DNA from: a virus
Taxonomy: Duplodnaviria > Caudoviricetes
Length of the DNA stretch: 64,000 bases
Virus record (IMG/VR): IMGVR_UViG_3300048861_000043
Location: 3,178 to 67,177 of that record
Reading direction: 5' to 3' (one strand)
In this document: piece by piece, positions 44,404 to 53,757 of the stretch
How positions within the stretch are numbered: the first letter of the stretch is position 1
How the letters are laid out: every line of letters begins with the position of its first letter
Made by a program: the position numbers and the translations under genes
Notes under the pieces: generated by a model
The model's input: only the letters and a program-made list of their open reading frames with translations
What the model was told of the DNA's origin: nothing
The model's database searches: none

Positions 44404-44522
44404 AGAAGCAACGCGGATTCACGGTCGTCGAGGTTATGGCCGTTTTGGTCGTGCTGACCGTTCTAACTGGCGCCGGCGTGGCGATCTTCACTGCCGTGCA
44501 CTTCATTGGCAAGTTCTGGTGA
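44400..44522 (+). CDS. Minimal type IV prepilin-like peptide (40 aa)
   Basis: GAGGGAGG RBS; MKKQRG/FTVVEVMAVLVVLTVLTGAGVAIFTAVHFIGKFW, a class III signal with G|F and E at +5. Confidence 0.75.
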   Translation: MKKQRGFTVVEVMAVLVVLTVLTGAGVAIFTAVHFIGKFW

Positions 44523-44529
44523 GGTCGAT

Positions 44530-44661
44530 ATGAGCGAAGCATCAGAGAAGTGGCTGGCAGAGTCCTTCGCATGGCTGGATGAGCAGCAGCGGAAGCAGGA
44601 TGCTTTAGACGCCGAGGCTTACGAGCGCTTTCGCCAGAAGGTGTTTGGGCCGCTGGATTGA
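44530..44661 (+). CDS. Small hypothetical protein (43 aa)
   Basis: GAGG RBS; MSEASEKWLAESFAWLDE... Confidence 0.55.
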   Translation: MSEASEKWLAESFAWLDEQQRKQDALDAEAYERFRQKVFGPLD

Positions 44662-44987
44662 TTACTAAGCGACGGCCGCTCTTAGATTCTATAAGCCGCA
44701 GCGGTGAGATGCCGCAACGAACTCAACGCGACACCTGCCGGGCCTGTAGTGGGCGCAAGGAGTGGTGCGACAGCCGGAGAGACGGCTATTAAGTGGACAG
44801 CGCGGATCCCTGAAAGCGCCTTTCCGGGTGGGATGCCCGGAGCCCTGAGTGGTGACGACTTAGCGCCGATTACGCAAGCCGATGCTTCTGCGACACGCGG
44901 GGGCGAACCTGGCCGGGATCGGGACTGCGCGGGGGAGTCGTCACCACTGAGGGCAATCAACCTTCAACCGAATTCAGGAGTCCTACC
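44662..44987 (+). ncRNA. Second structured non-coding region
   Basis: 18/19-bp stem 44842-60/44936-54 enclosing GCA-AGCCGA-TGC hairpin and ATCGG; additional hairpins upstream. Confidence 0.55.
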
Positions 44988-45200
44988 GTGGGCACACATT
45001 TCAACGCCGAGGTCTATCGGCAGATTGCGCCGCAAGATCAAGAAGACGACGAACCCGAATACTCCCCCGAAGAAGATTGGGAAATGGGCTTCAGCGACTG
45101 GAAGCACAACAAGGATGACGATCTGGCGACGGTGGTTAGGCGGTACGCGCGACCGGTCGGTCATGTCGATCTGTGGGACGAACCGAGGAGGGCGGCATGA
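44988..45200 (+). CDS. Acidic hypothetical protein
   Basis: GTG start with AGGAG RBS. Confidence 0.6.
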   Translation: MGTHFNAEVYRQIAPQDQEDDEPEYSPEEDWEMGFSDWKHNKDDDLATVVRRYARPVGHVDLWDEPRRAA

Positions 45201-45442
45201 ACGGATTGCCGAAAGGGCCATGGTCGTCAAGTCTGGATGGACACGGCGCATTTAGTATCGAATCAGCGACTGGCAACCAGATCTGCTTTGTACGCAATGC
45301 CGAGGCTGCCTGCTTGATCGCTGCCGCGCCGGAATTGCTCGCTGCATTGAAAACGGCTGTGGAGGTCATTGGCCATCCCGACGACAGTTTCAGCGTGTAC
45401 ATCGCTAAGTTGATCGCCAAAGCCACCGGGAGCCAATCATGA
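45197..45442 (+). CDS. Hypothetical protein
   Basis: GPW...A.LIAAAPELL.AL...IAKA.G module; ATGA coupling. Confidence 0.75.
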   Translation: MNGLPKGPWSSSLDGHGAFSIESATGNQICFVRNAEAACLIAAAPELLAALKTAVEVIGHPDDSFSVYIAKLIAKATGSQS

Positions 45443-45630
45443 GCGTAACCATTGAATACCACGAAGGCGCGGTGACGTACATATCGGACGCCGGCCGCCA
45501 GAAGAACGAATCCGAGCAACGCGACATCACCGTCGATCAGCAGCGCGCAGAGATCACCATGTTTGCTGCGGCCGGAACGGTCGTGAGTATCGCGGCGCTG
45601 GTTATTACACATTTGTTGGGGAAGTCATGA
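45439..45630 (+). CDS. Small protein with C-terminal TM helix
   Basis: Coupled; hydrophobic C-terminus. Confidence 0.6.
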   Translation: MSVTIEYHEGAVTYISDAGRQKNESEQRDITVDQQRAEITMFAAAGTVVSIAALVITHLLGKS

Positions 45631-45824
45631 GCTTTTCTCGAGATATTCAGCACACGCGATATCGCACGGCCAGAACGCTGGTCGAAGACTTTGGGCCGAA
45701 CGCCAAACTTCACGTCGAGCGCAAGAGCGAGGCTCGCAGCTGGCTCTACGCGATCGGCTCCGGTATCGCAGTGGGCGCTATTTGGTGGCTCATCGTGGCG
45801 CTGCGGGTTGGGGGTGGGGCATGA
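45627..45824 (+). CDS. Small protein with C-terminal TM helix
   Basis: R.L.E.FGP.AKL.V motif plus TM; coupled. Confidence 0.65.
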   Translation: MSFSRDIQHTRYRTARTLVEDFGPNAKLHVERKSEARSWLYAIGSGIAVGAIWWLIVALRVGGGA

Positions 45825-46114
45825 GCGATTTCAAAGCCCCTTGGTCGTGGGACGACAAGGTATGGGAAGAATGCGACCCGATGCAACGCGCGCCGTGGTT
45901 AGTCGATGCTACTGGCAATCCCGTCTTGAAGGGCGAGATCCGTTGCGTGAGCGAGGAACTTGCCCACTTGATTGAGGCTGCGCCGGAGCTATTGGAATGC
46001 CTTCAGGCTACTTTCGACATGATCGGCGAGCGGCTGCTTGATGACGTGTTCGGCTATGAATGGCTTGCAAAGGCGAAGGCGGCGCTGGCAAAGGCGAGGG
46101 AAGAGACAACATGA
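45821..46114 (+). CDS. Hypothetical protein
   Basis: APW...LI.AAPELLE.L...AKAAL.KA module. Confidence 0.7.
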   Translation: MSDFKAPWSWDDKVWEECDPMQRAPWLVDATGNPVLKGEIRCVSEELAHLIEAAPELLECLQATFDMIGERLLDDVFGYEWLAKAKAALAKAREETT

Positions 46115-46302
46115 CCCACTACGACAACGCCATCCACGTAATGGAGAAGCAGGGCGGCTCCTTCGTCCAATCACTCGCCCATTGCTACCTGATGGCCGAT
46201 CCAACCAACAAAGCAAAGCTGCGGGAGGCGTTCGCCGGGTACTTTGATGTCTACGAGGCGCGGTTCGATCAATGGAAACAACAATATAAGGAGGCCGCGT
46301 GA
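46111..46302 (+). CDS. Hypothetical protein
   Basis: M...GGSFV..LA.C...AD..N...L..AF. Confidence 0.75.
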   Translation: MTHYDNAIHVMEKQGGSFVQSLAHCYLMADPTNKAKLREAFAGYFDVYEARFDQWKQQYKEAA

Positions 46303-47486
46303 CAGCGTCCACAGAACTAACGGTTGCCGAGCAGCCGCAACAACTAATCACCATCGAGCCGACGAAGTACGTCGAGTTGGTGTTTGAGCCGTTCGCCAAG
46401 CGCCTAGCTGATGCCAAAGAACTGGCGCGGACGACCACGTATGACGTGAAAACGACTGCGGGCATGGCGACAGCCGTCAAGATCCGCGCGACGTTCCGCG
46501 ACATTCGAGTTGCTAGCGAGAAGGCTCGCAAAGAACGCAAGGCACCTATTCTGGAGATCGGCAAATTGCTTGATAGCCGCCAGAAGGAAATCGAGGCAGA
46601 GATCGAGCCGTTTGAGTCGGAGCCCGACGCGGCGATCAAGGCTGAGGAAAAGCGGAAGGACGACGAGAAGATAGCCAAGGCAGTCGCCGAGTCCGCGCGC
46701 ATCACGAAAATCCGCACGATGGTCGACGAACTCAAGGCGGTTCCTGCGGAATCTGTCGGGCGATCGTCTGCTGATCTGGCGGCGACCATCGAAATCCTCG
46801 AAATGCATGAGGTCACGCTGGCGGAGTTCTTTGAATTCTCTGGCGAGGCTGAGGTTGCAAAGCATGGCTCGCTCGCCAAGCTGCGCGAAATGCTGACCGC
46901 GCAACAGGCCATTGAGGCGGAGCAGGTTCGCCTCGCATCAGAGCGTGAAGCGATTGAACGCCAGCGCGCCGAACTGGCTGAGCAGGAGCGCTTGGCTGCG
47001 GTAGCTCGAGAGGAGCAGGAAGCCAAGGATCGCGCTGAACGTGAGCGCGTTGAGGCTGAGCAGCGGGAAGCGCAAGAGAAGGCCGCCGAAGCAATGCGGG
47101 TGGAGTTGGAGCAGCACGAAGCCAGGATGTGCGCTGAGCGCGCTGAGATTCAGCGGCAGCAGGACGAACTCAACCGCGCTCGTGAGGCTGCGGAGGCCGA
47201 AGCCCGAGCCAAGCGCGAGGCAGAGGAAGCCGCAGCGCGTGTCGAGGCCCAGCGCATTGCAGACGAACGAGCGGAAGAGGCGAGGCGCATCCAAGCTGAG
47301 AAGGACGCCGATGAGGCTGAACGGATTCGGCGAGAGCGCGCCGACTTTCTGAATGTCGGTCCCGGCGATCAGGAAATCATCGCGCTAGTCGCCAAAAGTT
47401 ATGGCGTCCCGTACCAAACCGCATGCAATTGGATTGCGAAGATCGAGTTTGTCGACTTCACGGACGATGAGGAGAAAGCAGCGTGA
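46299..47486 (+). CDS. Long coiled-coil protein upstream of recT (Gam/DUF1351-like N-terminus)
   Basis: EK.RK..KAP.L..GK.LD...KEI; EARQ-rich coiled coil. Confidence 0.75.
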   Translation: MTASTELTVAEQPQQLITIEPTKYVELVFEPFAKRLADAKELARTTTYDVKTTAGMATAVKIRATFRDIRVASEKARKERKAPILEIGKLLDSRQKEIEAEIEPFESEPDAAIKAEEKRKDDEKIAKAVAESARITKIRTMVDELKAVPAESVGRSSADLAATIEILEMHEVTLAEFFEFSGEAEVAKHGSLAKLREMLTAQQAIEAEQVRLASEREAIERQRAELAEQERLAAVAREEQEAKDRAERERVEAEQREAQEKAAEAMRVELEQHEARMCAERAEIQRQQDELNRAREAAEAEARAKREAEEAAARVEAQRIADERAEEARRIQAEKDADEAERIRRERADFLNVGPGDQEIIALVAKSYGVPYQTACNWIAKIEFVDFTDDEEKAA

Positions 47487-48502
47487 GTAACGCAGTCGCA
47501 TTAATCACAGACGAGATTTATGGTGTCCGCGCCAGCTTCGAGGCCGTTAGCGTCGATCGGTCGATTAACTTTGAGCGAGAGGCTGGCTTCGCTATCCAGA
47601 TGATCACGGCGAGCGACTATGCGCTTGGCGTGGCGATGGGTAATAAGCAATCGGTCATTGATGCCGTCACGAACGTGGCCGCTATCGGAATCAGCCTGAA
47701 CCCCGCTAAAAAGCAGGCTTACCTGGTGCCGCGCAAGAACAAGATTTGCCTTGATCTTTCGTACATGGGGTTGATCGATCTGGCGATTCAGGAGGGCGGC
47801 ATCAAGTGGGCGCAGGCGCAGCTGGTCTACGAGAAAGACACGTTCGCACTGAACGGCATGGACAAGATGCCGCTGCACCAGTTCAACCCGTTCGGAAAAG
47901 ACCGCGGCGAAATCGTTGGCGTTTATGTGGTAGTCAAGACGGCTGATGGCGAATACTTGACGCACACGATGACGATTGCTGATGCCTACGCTATACGTGA
48001 CCGGTCAGATTCCTGGAAGAAGCAGCAGCCTGGCAAGCGCGGGCCATGGGAGAGCGATCCGGGCGAGATGATCAAGAAGACATGCGTCAAGCAGGCGTCG
48101 AAGTACTGGCCGAAGACTGATCGCTTGGACAAGGCCATTCACTACCTGAACACGGACGGCGGAGAAGGATTGGCGGAGCCGAGACCGCAAGCGCCAGCAG
48201 GTTGCGCGGCTGACGTGCTGACTGCGTGGTGCAACAAGGCCAAAGAGGCAGCAAGCGAGGCAGTGCTCCAGACAGTGTGGGAAGGCGGGCTGGCGATCAT
48301 CAACGCGAGTGGCGACCGAGCGGCCTACAACACCTTCAAATCGACCGTGAAAAACCGCAAGGACGAACTGACGAAGGTTCCTAGCGATGGAAAGACCATC
48401 GATATGACGCCAGCTACGCCGCAGCGTGAGCCGGGTTCCGACGATGCTGAGTTGCAAGCCGATTTTCAACGGCAGATGGCTAAAGAGGGGGCAACGCAAT
48501 GA
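47483..48502 (+). CDS. recT: RecT-family recombinase
   Basis: [15 protein letters not shown]...L..SY.GL..LA...W.....EM..KT..K.A.KYWP. Confidence 0.92.
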   Translation: MSNAVALITDEIYGVRASFEAVSVDRSINFEREAGFAIQMITASDYALGVAMGNKQSVIDAVTNVAAIGISLNPAKKQAYLVPRKNKICLDLSYMGLIDLAIQEGGIKWAQAQLVYEKDTFALNGMDKMPLHQFNPFGKDRGEIVGVYVVVKTADGEYLTHTMTIADAYAIRDRSDSWKKQQPGKRGPWESDPGEMIKKTCVKQASKYWPKTDRLDKAIHYLNTDGGEGLAEPRPQAPAGCAADVLTAWCNKAKEAASEAVLQTVWEGGLAIINASGDRAAYNTFKSTVKNRKDELTKVPSDGKTIDMTPATPQREPGSDDAELQADFQRQMAKEGATQ

Positions 48503-49146
48503 TTCCGTACATTTTGTCAGAGCACGCGCAAGGTTCAAATGAATGGAAAGCGGATCGAGCGGGCCGGGCGACCGGCTCCAAGGCTTCGGCGATCCAAGCC
48601 AAAGGGAAAGGCAATGCCGAAGCAGCCACGCGCGCCGACTATCGCGTGCAACTTTCGCTCGAGCGCCTGCTTGGTGAACCATGCGACGATGATTTTACGT
48701 CGCGTGACATTCAGAACGGCATCGAGCGCGAACCATTCGCCCGCATGGCATACGAGACGCGAACCGGTTTGTTCGTGCAGGAAGCCGGGTTTGCCTACTG
48801 GGAAAAGTTGATGGTCGGCTGTAGCGTTGATGGATTCGCGGAGCAGGGTGGCCGGAAGGGTTTCGTTGAGATCAAGTGCCCCAAGAGCAAGACGCATTTG
48901 GAGTATTTGACCGGCAAGCGCTTGCCGCCGACCTATCGGCCCCAGGTGCTTCACAACTTCCTTGTGACCGGCGCCGAGTTCGCAGACTTCATTTCGTTCG
49001 ATCCGAAGATGCCCGAGAAGCTTCAACTGTTTGTCTTCCGCGTCGAGCGCGACGAGGACGAGATCCGAGCATACGAAGCGGAACTTCGCCAGTTCCTGAT
49101 GGAAGTCGAGGCGACGCACAAGCAACTGGCGCTAATGGCCGCCTAA
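48499..49146 (+). CDS. YqaJ/lambda-exonuclease family nuclease
   Basis: QG..EW...R.G..T.S...G.E.EP.AR..YE...G.S.DG...EIKCP...Q. Confidence 0.92.
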   Translation: MIPYILSEHAQGSNEWKADRAGRATGSKASAIQAKGKGNAEAATRADYRVQLSLERLLGEPCDDDFTSRDIQNGIEREPFARMAYETRTGLFVQEAGFAYWEKLMVGCSVDGFAEQGGRKGFVEIKCPKSKTHLEYLTGKRLPPTYRPQVLHNFLVTGAEFADFISFDPKMPEKLQLFVFRVERDEDEIRAYEAELRQFLMEVEATHKQLALMAA

Positions 49147-49164
49147 CCCTCACACGCCCACCCA

Positions 49165-49242
49165 GCATCAGATGAAGCCGAAAGGCGCTGATCTCCGAGT
49201 AAGTCTGGTTGGACGTGCCCCAGCATCAATCGCTGGCGCATC
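49165..49242 (+). promoter_or_regulatory. Candidate antisense-RNA target sites (a/b-type)
   Basis: GCTGATCTCCGA 49187-98 is the reverse complement of 43447-58; GCATCAG 49165-71 and GCGCATC 49236-42 are complementary to 43290-98. Confidence 0.65.
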
Positions 49243-49275
49243 CATCCAAGATGCCCGCGAAGGTTGCGTGTGCTT

Positions 49276-49299
49276 CCCCGGCTTCGGCCGGGGCTTTTT
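49276..49299 (+). terminator. Intrinsic terminator/attenuator before RNA ligase
   Basis: CCCCGGC-TTCG-GCCGGGG-CTTTTT, 14 nt before ATG 49314. Confidence 0.8.
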
Positions 49300-49313
49300 C
49301 CGAGAGAACAAAT

Positions 49314-49898
49314 ATGGATTTCGTTGAATTTCCGAAGATGGCTCGTCTGTCCCGCGAAGTTATCGTGACAGAAAAAATCGATGGCACTAATGCTGCGATC
49401 GTTATCGAGGCTGCAACACCCGGTTCAAAAGCCATCGCGACAGTCGGCGGTTTCGATCTTTTTGCCCAGTCGCGCACGCGCTTTATCACGCAAGAAGCCG
49501 ACAACTTCGGTTTTGCGCTATGGGCAGGCAATAACGCCGAAGAACTGCTGAAGCTCGGCGTTGGCCGTCATTTCGGCGAGTGGTTCGGTTCGGGCATTCA
49601 ACGCACCTACGAGCTGAAGGAAAAGCGCTTCGCGCTATTCAACGTTTCGCGCTGGGATGATCCGGCAGCGCGTCCCGCCTGCTGTCATGTCGTGCCGACG
49701 CTCTGGCGCGGGAATTTCTCGGACCTGAATGCGGATCTGGTGCTGGGCGAGCTTGCATTGTTTGGCAGCCAAGCGGTCCCCAACTTCATGAAGCCCGAAG
49801 GAATCATCGTCTATCACGTCGCTGCCGGGATCGGCTTCAAAAAGACCATCGAAAAAGACGAAATTCCGAAGTCGGTAGCTGAACGTCAGGCCGCCTAA
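49314..49898 (+). CDS. ATP-dependent RNA ligase family (Rnl2-like nucleotidyltransferase)
   Basis: TEKIDGTNA (KxDG), SR.R, GEWFG, FALFN, PEGI..Y, FKK. Confidence 0.85.
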   Translation: MDFVEFPKMARLSREVIVTEKIDGTNAAIVIEAATPGSKAIATVGGFDLFAQSRTRFITQEADNFGFALWAGNNAEELLKLGVGRHFGEWFGSGIQRTYELKEKRFALFNVSRWDDPAARPACCHVVPTLWRGNFSDLNADLVLGELALFGSQAVPNFMKPEGIIVYHVAAGIGFKKTIEKDEIPKSVAERQAA

Positions 49899-49958
49899 TA
49901 CCGCCCCATACGCCGCGCAGTGGCTGCGCGAAGAGATCCCATCATTAGCGAGACGAAC

Positions 49959-50222
49959 ATGCGAATCAATGTCTATAGCCAAGAATTAACTGACGAAGTT
50001 CTGTTGATCGAAAAGGAATCGAATACCGGCCTTGTGTATAGCGCCGTCCAGATCGTACTGCATAGCAGCGACAAACTGCATCACCCTCCGCATGACGACG
50101 ACCGCAGCGCAGTGACGTTCTGGCTGCCGAAGTCGAAGCATCGCCGCGAAGCTCTCGCGCTTGCGTTCGAGAACATGGCAAAGCTTGTGCGCAACGCACG
50201 CGACGAAACGGGGCTGGACTAA
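49959..50222 (+). CDS. Hypothetical protein
   Basis: MRINVYSQELT...DDDRSAVTFWLP. Confidence 0.7.
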   Translation: MRINVYSQELTDEVLLIEKESNTGLVYSAVQIVLHSSDKLHHPPHDDDRSAVTFWLPKSKHRREALALAFENMAKLVRNARDETGLD

Positions 50223-50268
50223 CCCCATCCGCGCCTCGCGCGAATCAATCGAATGAGTGAGGACATCC

Positions 50269-50445
50269 ATGAGCGAGCGCGACTGGCATATCCGCATGGC
50301 CCGCACGTACTTGGCTCAGGCGATGGTCGTGCGCCGTCAGGGCATTCACCACGCATGGCACGCAACGCTGATGTCATGGGTAGCAAAGCGACGCTTGCAA
50401 GCGATGACCTGCAAACCTGATCCGATTCAAGCCGACCTATTCTGA
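50269..50445 (+). CDS. Hypothetical protein
   Basis: GAGG RBS; 58 aa basic, ends Q.DLF. Confidence 0.6.
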   Translation: MSERDWHIRMARTYLAQAMVVRRQGIHHAWHATLMSWVAKRRLQAMTCKPDPIQADLF

Positions 50446-50451
50446 GGACAT

Positions 50452-51267
50452 ATGAACACCACTGATACAGCAGCGCTTTCGCCATGCCCGTTTTGCGGGA
50501 GCGATCTCAATCCTTTGCGCGGCTATTTCACACACGCTGCGAAGGGATGCTATCTGGGAGGCCTACGAATTTCCGAACACGCGGCCAATGACATCGCCGC
50601 ATGGAACCGCCGCGCCACCACTCCGCAGACAGACGGCGCGACTGCCGATGAGATATTGGGACAGGTGCCGTGCGGCTGGATTCGCGGCGTCGAGAGTTAT
50701 GTGCCTGGCGAACGTTCTGAATGGAACGTGGATTTCTCATGGGGAGACGACCAGCCCGATGACGATCATCGATGGGAACCTGTCTACCGCTCGCCAGTCA
50801 TGCGCGCGCGAATTGCGCAGACAGACGGCGCGACTGTGGCCGTGGAGTTGTCCGGCGTGGACGAAGTGCTTTCAGAAGGCGAAGGCTTCTGGCGCGAATG
50901 CTCAGGCTGCTACGAGACCGAAGACGGCCATCCGGTCGGCCACTATCCATACAGCGAAGTTCTCAGGTGCTACCTCGGCAACGGTTGCGCGGAATGCGGT
51001 GGTCTCGGCGCGATTTGGGATAACACTGATTACGAGGCTATGGCTCACGACTTCGAACGCGCTCTCGCCGCTACCCACGCTCCCGCGATGGCAGAGACGC
51101 AAGTGCCGCAGTTCGACGCAAAGCATGTGAGCCTGAAACAGCGCGGTCAGAACATCATTCTCACACTTGAACTCAACGGCGTCGAACCTGCGCCGCGATA
51201 CAAGGTGATACCGGTCAATCCCGGCGTGGTGCGTCGTGCCGCTGCATCTGGCGGAGAGCAGGGATGA
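50452..51267 (+). CDS. Modular protein with Lar-like (CPFCG) N-terminal domain
   Basis: LSPCPFCG...AWNRR; second Zn module C.GC...GC.ECGG.G. Confidence 0.75.
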   Translation: MNTTDTAALSPCPFCGSDLNPLRGYFTHAAKGCYLGGLRISEHAANDIAAWNRRATTPQTDGATADEILGQVPCGWIRGVESYVPGERSEWNVDFSWGDDQPDDDHRWEPVYRSPVMRARIAQTDGATVAVELSGVDEVLSEGEGFWRECSGCYETEDGHPVGHYPYSEVLRCYLGNGCAECGGLGAIWDNTDYEAMAHDFERALAATHAPAMAETQVPQFDAKHVSLKQRGQNIILTLELNGVEPAPRYKVIPVNPGVVRRAAASGGEQG

Positions 51268-52136
51268 GCAAGCCTAAGCTGCTGGTTAGCTTTTCCGGTG
51301 GACGCACGTCCGCTTACATGTCGAAGTTGCTAAAGACCTGCTACGCGGACAAATACGAGTTGCTGTTTGTGTTTGCTAACACAGGACAGGAGCATGAAAA
51401 CACGCTGATCTTTGTAGACCGATGCGACAAGGAATTTGGTCTGAATCTCATATGGGTTGAAGCGGAAGTGGCTTTCGGGGAAAGGAAGTCAACTGGCTTC
51501 CGAAGGGTTACGTTCGAAACAGCCTCGCGCGCGGGCGAACCCTATGAGCAGGTAATTCGTAAGTATGGGATTGCGAATCGCAACTTCCCGCACTGCAACC
51601 GGGAATTGAAACTGCGGCCGATCTATGCATACACAGCCTCAATAGGCTGGAAGCGCGGCACGTTTGAGTGTGCTGTTGGTATCAGGGCCGACGAGCCCAA
51701 GCGGGTGAAGAAAGAAGTCTACCCGCTTGTGCATTGGCATCCAGTAGACAAGCAGGACATCAACGATTGGTGGGACGAACAACCATTCAACCTAGAACTG
51801 GTTGAGCGGCTAGGAAACTGCACATGGTGCTGGAAAAAGTCGGATCGCAAGCATTTCGCTAATATCGACGACTGCCCCGAGATCTACGACTTCCCGCGCC
51901 GAATGGAGTCCATGTACCAACATGCTGGCCCCAGCCAAACCGGAGAAGCGAAGGTTTTCTTTCGGCTCGGCAGGTCCACCGATCAGCTTTTCGCGGCCCG
52001 TCTTAGCGCTGACGGATTCAGAGTTTTACCCGAGGATGCGGACGCAGACGGAGGTTGCTCTGAGAGCTGCGAAGCCTTCGGGGAAGATCAACTAGAGCTC
52101 TTCGAGCGTATGCCATCGCTGGATATAACCCCATGA
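51264..52136 (+). CDS. PAPS-reductase-like PP-loop adenine nucleotide hydrolase
   Basis: [12 protein letters not shown]...FANTG.E...C..ELK..P...GIRADE..R...GNC.WCWKKS. Confidence 0.88.
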   Translation: MSKPKLLVSFSGGRTSAYMSKLLKTCYADKYELLFVFANTGQEHENTLIFVDRCDKEFGLNLIWVEAEVAFGERKSTGFRRVTFETASRAGEPYEQVIRKYGIANRNFPHCNRELKLRPIYAYTASIGWKRGTFECAVGIRADEPKRVKKEVYPLVHWHPVDKQDINDWWDEQPFNLELVERLGNCTWCWKKSDRKHFANIDDCPEIYDFPRRMESMYQHAGPSQTGEAKVFFRLGRSTDQLFAARLSADGFRVLPEDADADGGCSESCEAFGEDQLELFERMPSLDITP

Positions 52137-52822
52137 CCCCCAACAGGCCCGAAGCCGGGAAGATGCAAATGACCGATGAACAAGAGTTGCTGGCAAAGTT
52201 TCTTGAATTCGCGGATGCGGATTACGTGCCGAACAGTCTTTTCGACAGAGCCCGAGCGTTGCTCTCTGCAAGCAAGCCTGCCCCAGCACTGTCTAACTTT
52301 GACTTGGCCAAGATTTGGGCCCAGGCCGATGACACGTCAGACGAGCGTGGAGCTATTGCTTACGCACGCGCTGTTCTGGCAGCAGACAAAGCAGCCATTC
52401 CTGCCGCGCCATCACCTGCGCAGACAGAGCGCGGGGCGTGCGATCGCTATCAAGTGTTGAATGAAGCCGGTGAGGCGTTGCTGGCGGCTGATCATACCGA
52501 GGCCTATGAGGTCGTCTATCGACTCATGCAGGAAGCACACGCCGCACTGCAAGCCGCCCCAGCGGCAGAAACGGTCAAGCCGGTGTATTTCAAGCGCAGC
52601 GAGTTTCGACACGTCAAGCCCAGCGCATGGGTGACGTTCAACATTCGCACTGAGGATGCCGACGATGCGGAGCGTCTGTTGCGTGGCGAATGCATTGCCA
52701 TGTCAGAAGCTACCGGACCGGCCGCAGAACAGCAAACCGATTGTCCGCATGCCGCGCCGTTTCGTTATTGCCAGCAGTGTGCGGTGAGCCCGTGCCCGAT
52801 CGGCCTTGGAGAAAAGAAATAA
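52133..52822 (+). CDS. Modular hypothetical protein
   Basis: Concatenated short modules with repeated linkers; ends CPHAAPF.YC..C....CP.GL. Confidence 0.7.
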   Translation: MTPNRPEAGKMQMTDEQELLAKFLEFADADYVPNSLFDRARALLSASKPAPALSNFDLAKIWAQADDTSDERGAIAYARAVLAADKAAIPAAPSPAQTERGACDRYQVLNEAGEALLAADHTEAYEVVYRLMQEAHAALQAAPAAETVKPVYFKRSEFRHVKPSAWVTFNIRTEDADDAERLLRGECIAMSEATGPAAEQQTDCPHAAPFRYCQQCAVSPCPIGLGEKK

Positions 52823-53757
52823 TGGATCCGAACTTTGACATTGTTCCCACGCTGCGCATGTTCGATGGCGTCATGATGGGCAAAGCCGCAGACGAAATTG
52901 AGCGACTGCGAGCCGAGGTCGCGGCCCTTAAGGCTAAGGCGGCAGATGCGCCGGTGGCGTATGCAGCACAATTCGATCTTGATGTGCTAACGACCAACCA
53001 AGAATCGCACAAAATGCGGCTCCGTCGCTGTTCGCACGGTAGCAGGACGGTCCCGCTCTACGCCGCCCCTCAACCAGCGGCAGAAACGGTCACGCTGACT
53101 CAGCAAGCATTCGATGCGATGCGCGTTGCCCTTGAGGTAATCGCGGTCGGTGACTCGCTCACTCCGACAGCGACTGCCGCGCACGGTCTGGTTGCTTCCG
53201 GCTTCTGGACCGATACGCTGGAGAGCAAAGCGGCGGATGCGCCGGGGATGGCGGAGCCGGTCGGCAAGGCAGTCCCCATGCCGGGCGCATCCGGTTTCAC
53301 GATGGCCGTCTTTGATGCCTCAGAGATTCCGGTTGGGACTGATCTATACGCCGCCCCGCAACCGGTAGCGCAGACTGAGTTTCATATCTGCGGCGAATGC
53401 GACCGGCAATTCAAGACCGGCGAGTCTGCGCAACCTCTGGAGCAGACGCGGGCGCTGACGGTGGATGCGGTTCAACAGAAGGCCATCGATCACGGCTTCA
53501 AGTACTGGCGCGCACCGGATGCGCATGGCGTTACCGCGACCAACGCGCAAGCCGTCGATCTGCTTCAGGACTTGCTAGGCGTCGAGGTCGAGATTGAAGC
53601 ACAGGCGGAACGGGCGCTGACCGAGGTCGGTTTTATCGTTCATGACGATGTTCACGGATGGCATTTCGCACCTACCGTCGCTTGGACGTATCTCGGCAAG
53701 GGGCGTGCGCTATATACCCTGACCGCCGCGCGTCCGGCAAGCGGAGATACAGAGTGA
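52822..53757 (+). CDS. Modular hypothetical protein
   Basis: TAATG start; AADEIERLR module; repeated PLYAAPQP and KAADAP linkers. Confidence 0.7.
   Translation: MDPNFDIVPTLRMFDGVMMGKAADEIERLRAEVAALKAKAADAPVAYAAQFDLDVLTTNQESHKMRLRRCSHGSRTVPLYAAPQPAAETVTLTQQAFDAMRVALEVIAVGDSLTPTATAAHGLVASGFWTDTLESKAADAPGMAEPVGKAVPMPGASGFTMAVFDASEIPVGTDLYAAPQPVAQTEFHICGECDRQFKTGESAQPLEQTRALTVDAVQQKAIDHGFKYWRAPDAHGVTATNAQAVDLLQDLLGVEVEIEAQAERALTEVGFIVHDDVHGWHFAPTVAWTYLGKGRALYTLTAARPASGDTE

Noticed and set aside
44677-44684. Exact lambda boxA CGCTCTTA
   Set aside because: An 8-mer with no adjacent boxB hairpin; plausible by chance
49209-49313. N-terminal extension of RNA ligase from TTG 49209
   Set aside because: Spans the antisense target and terminator; ATG 49314 gives the conserved start (EFPK..RL)
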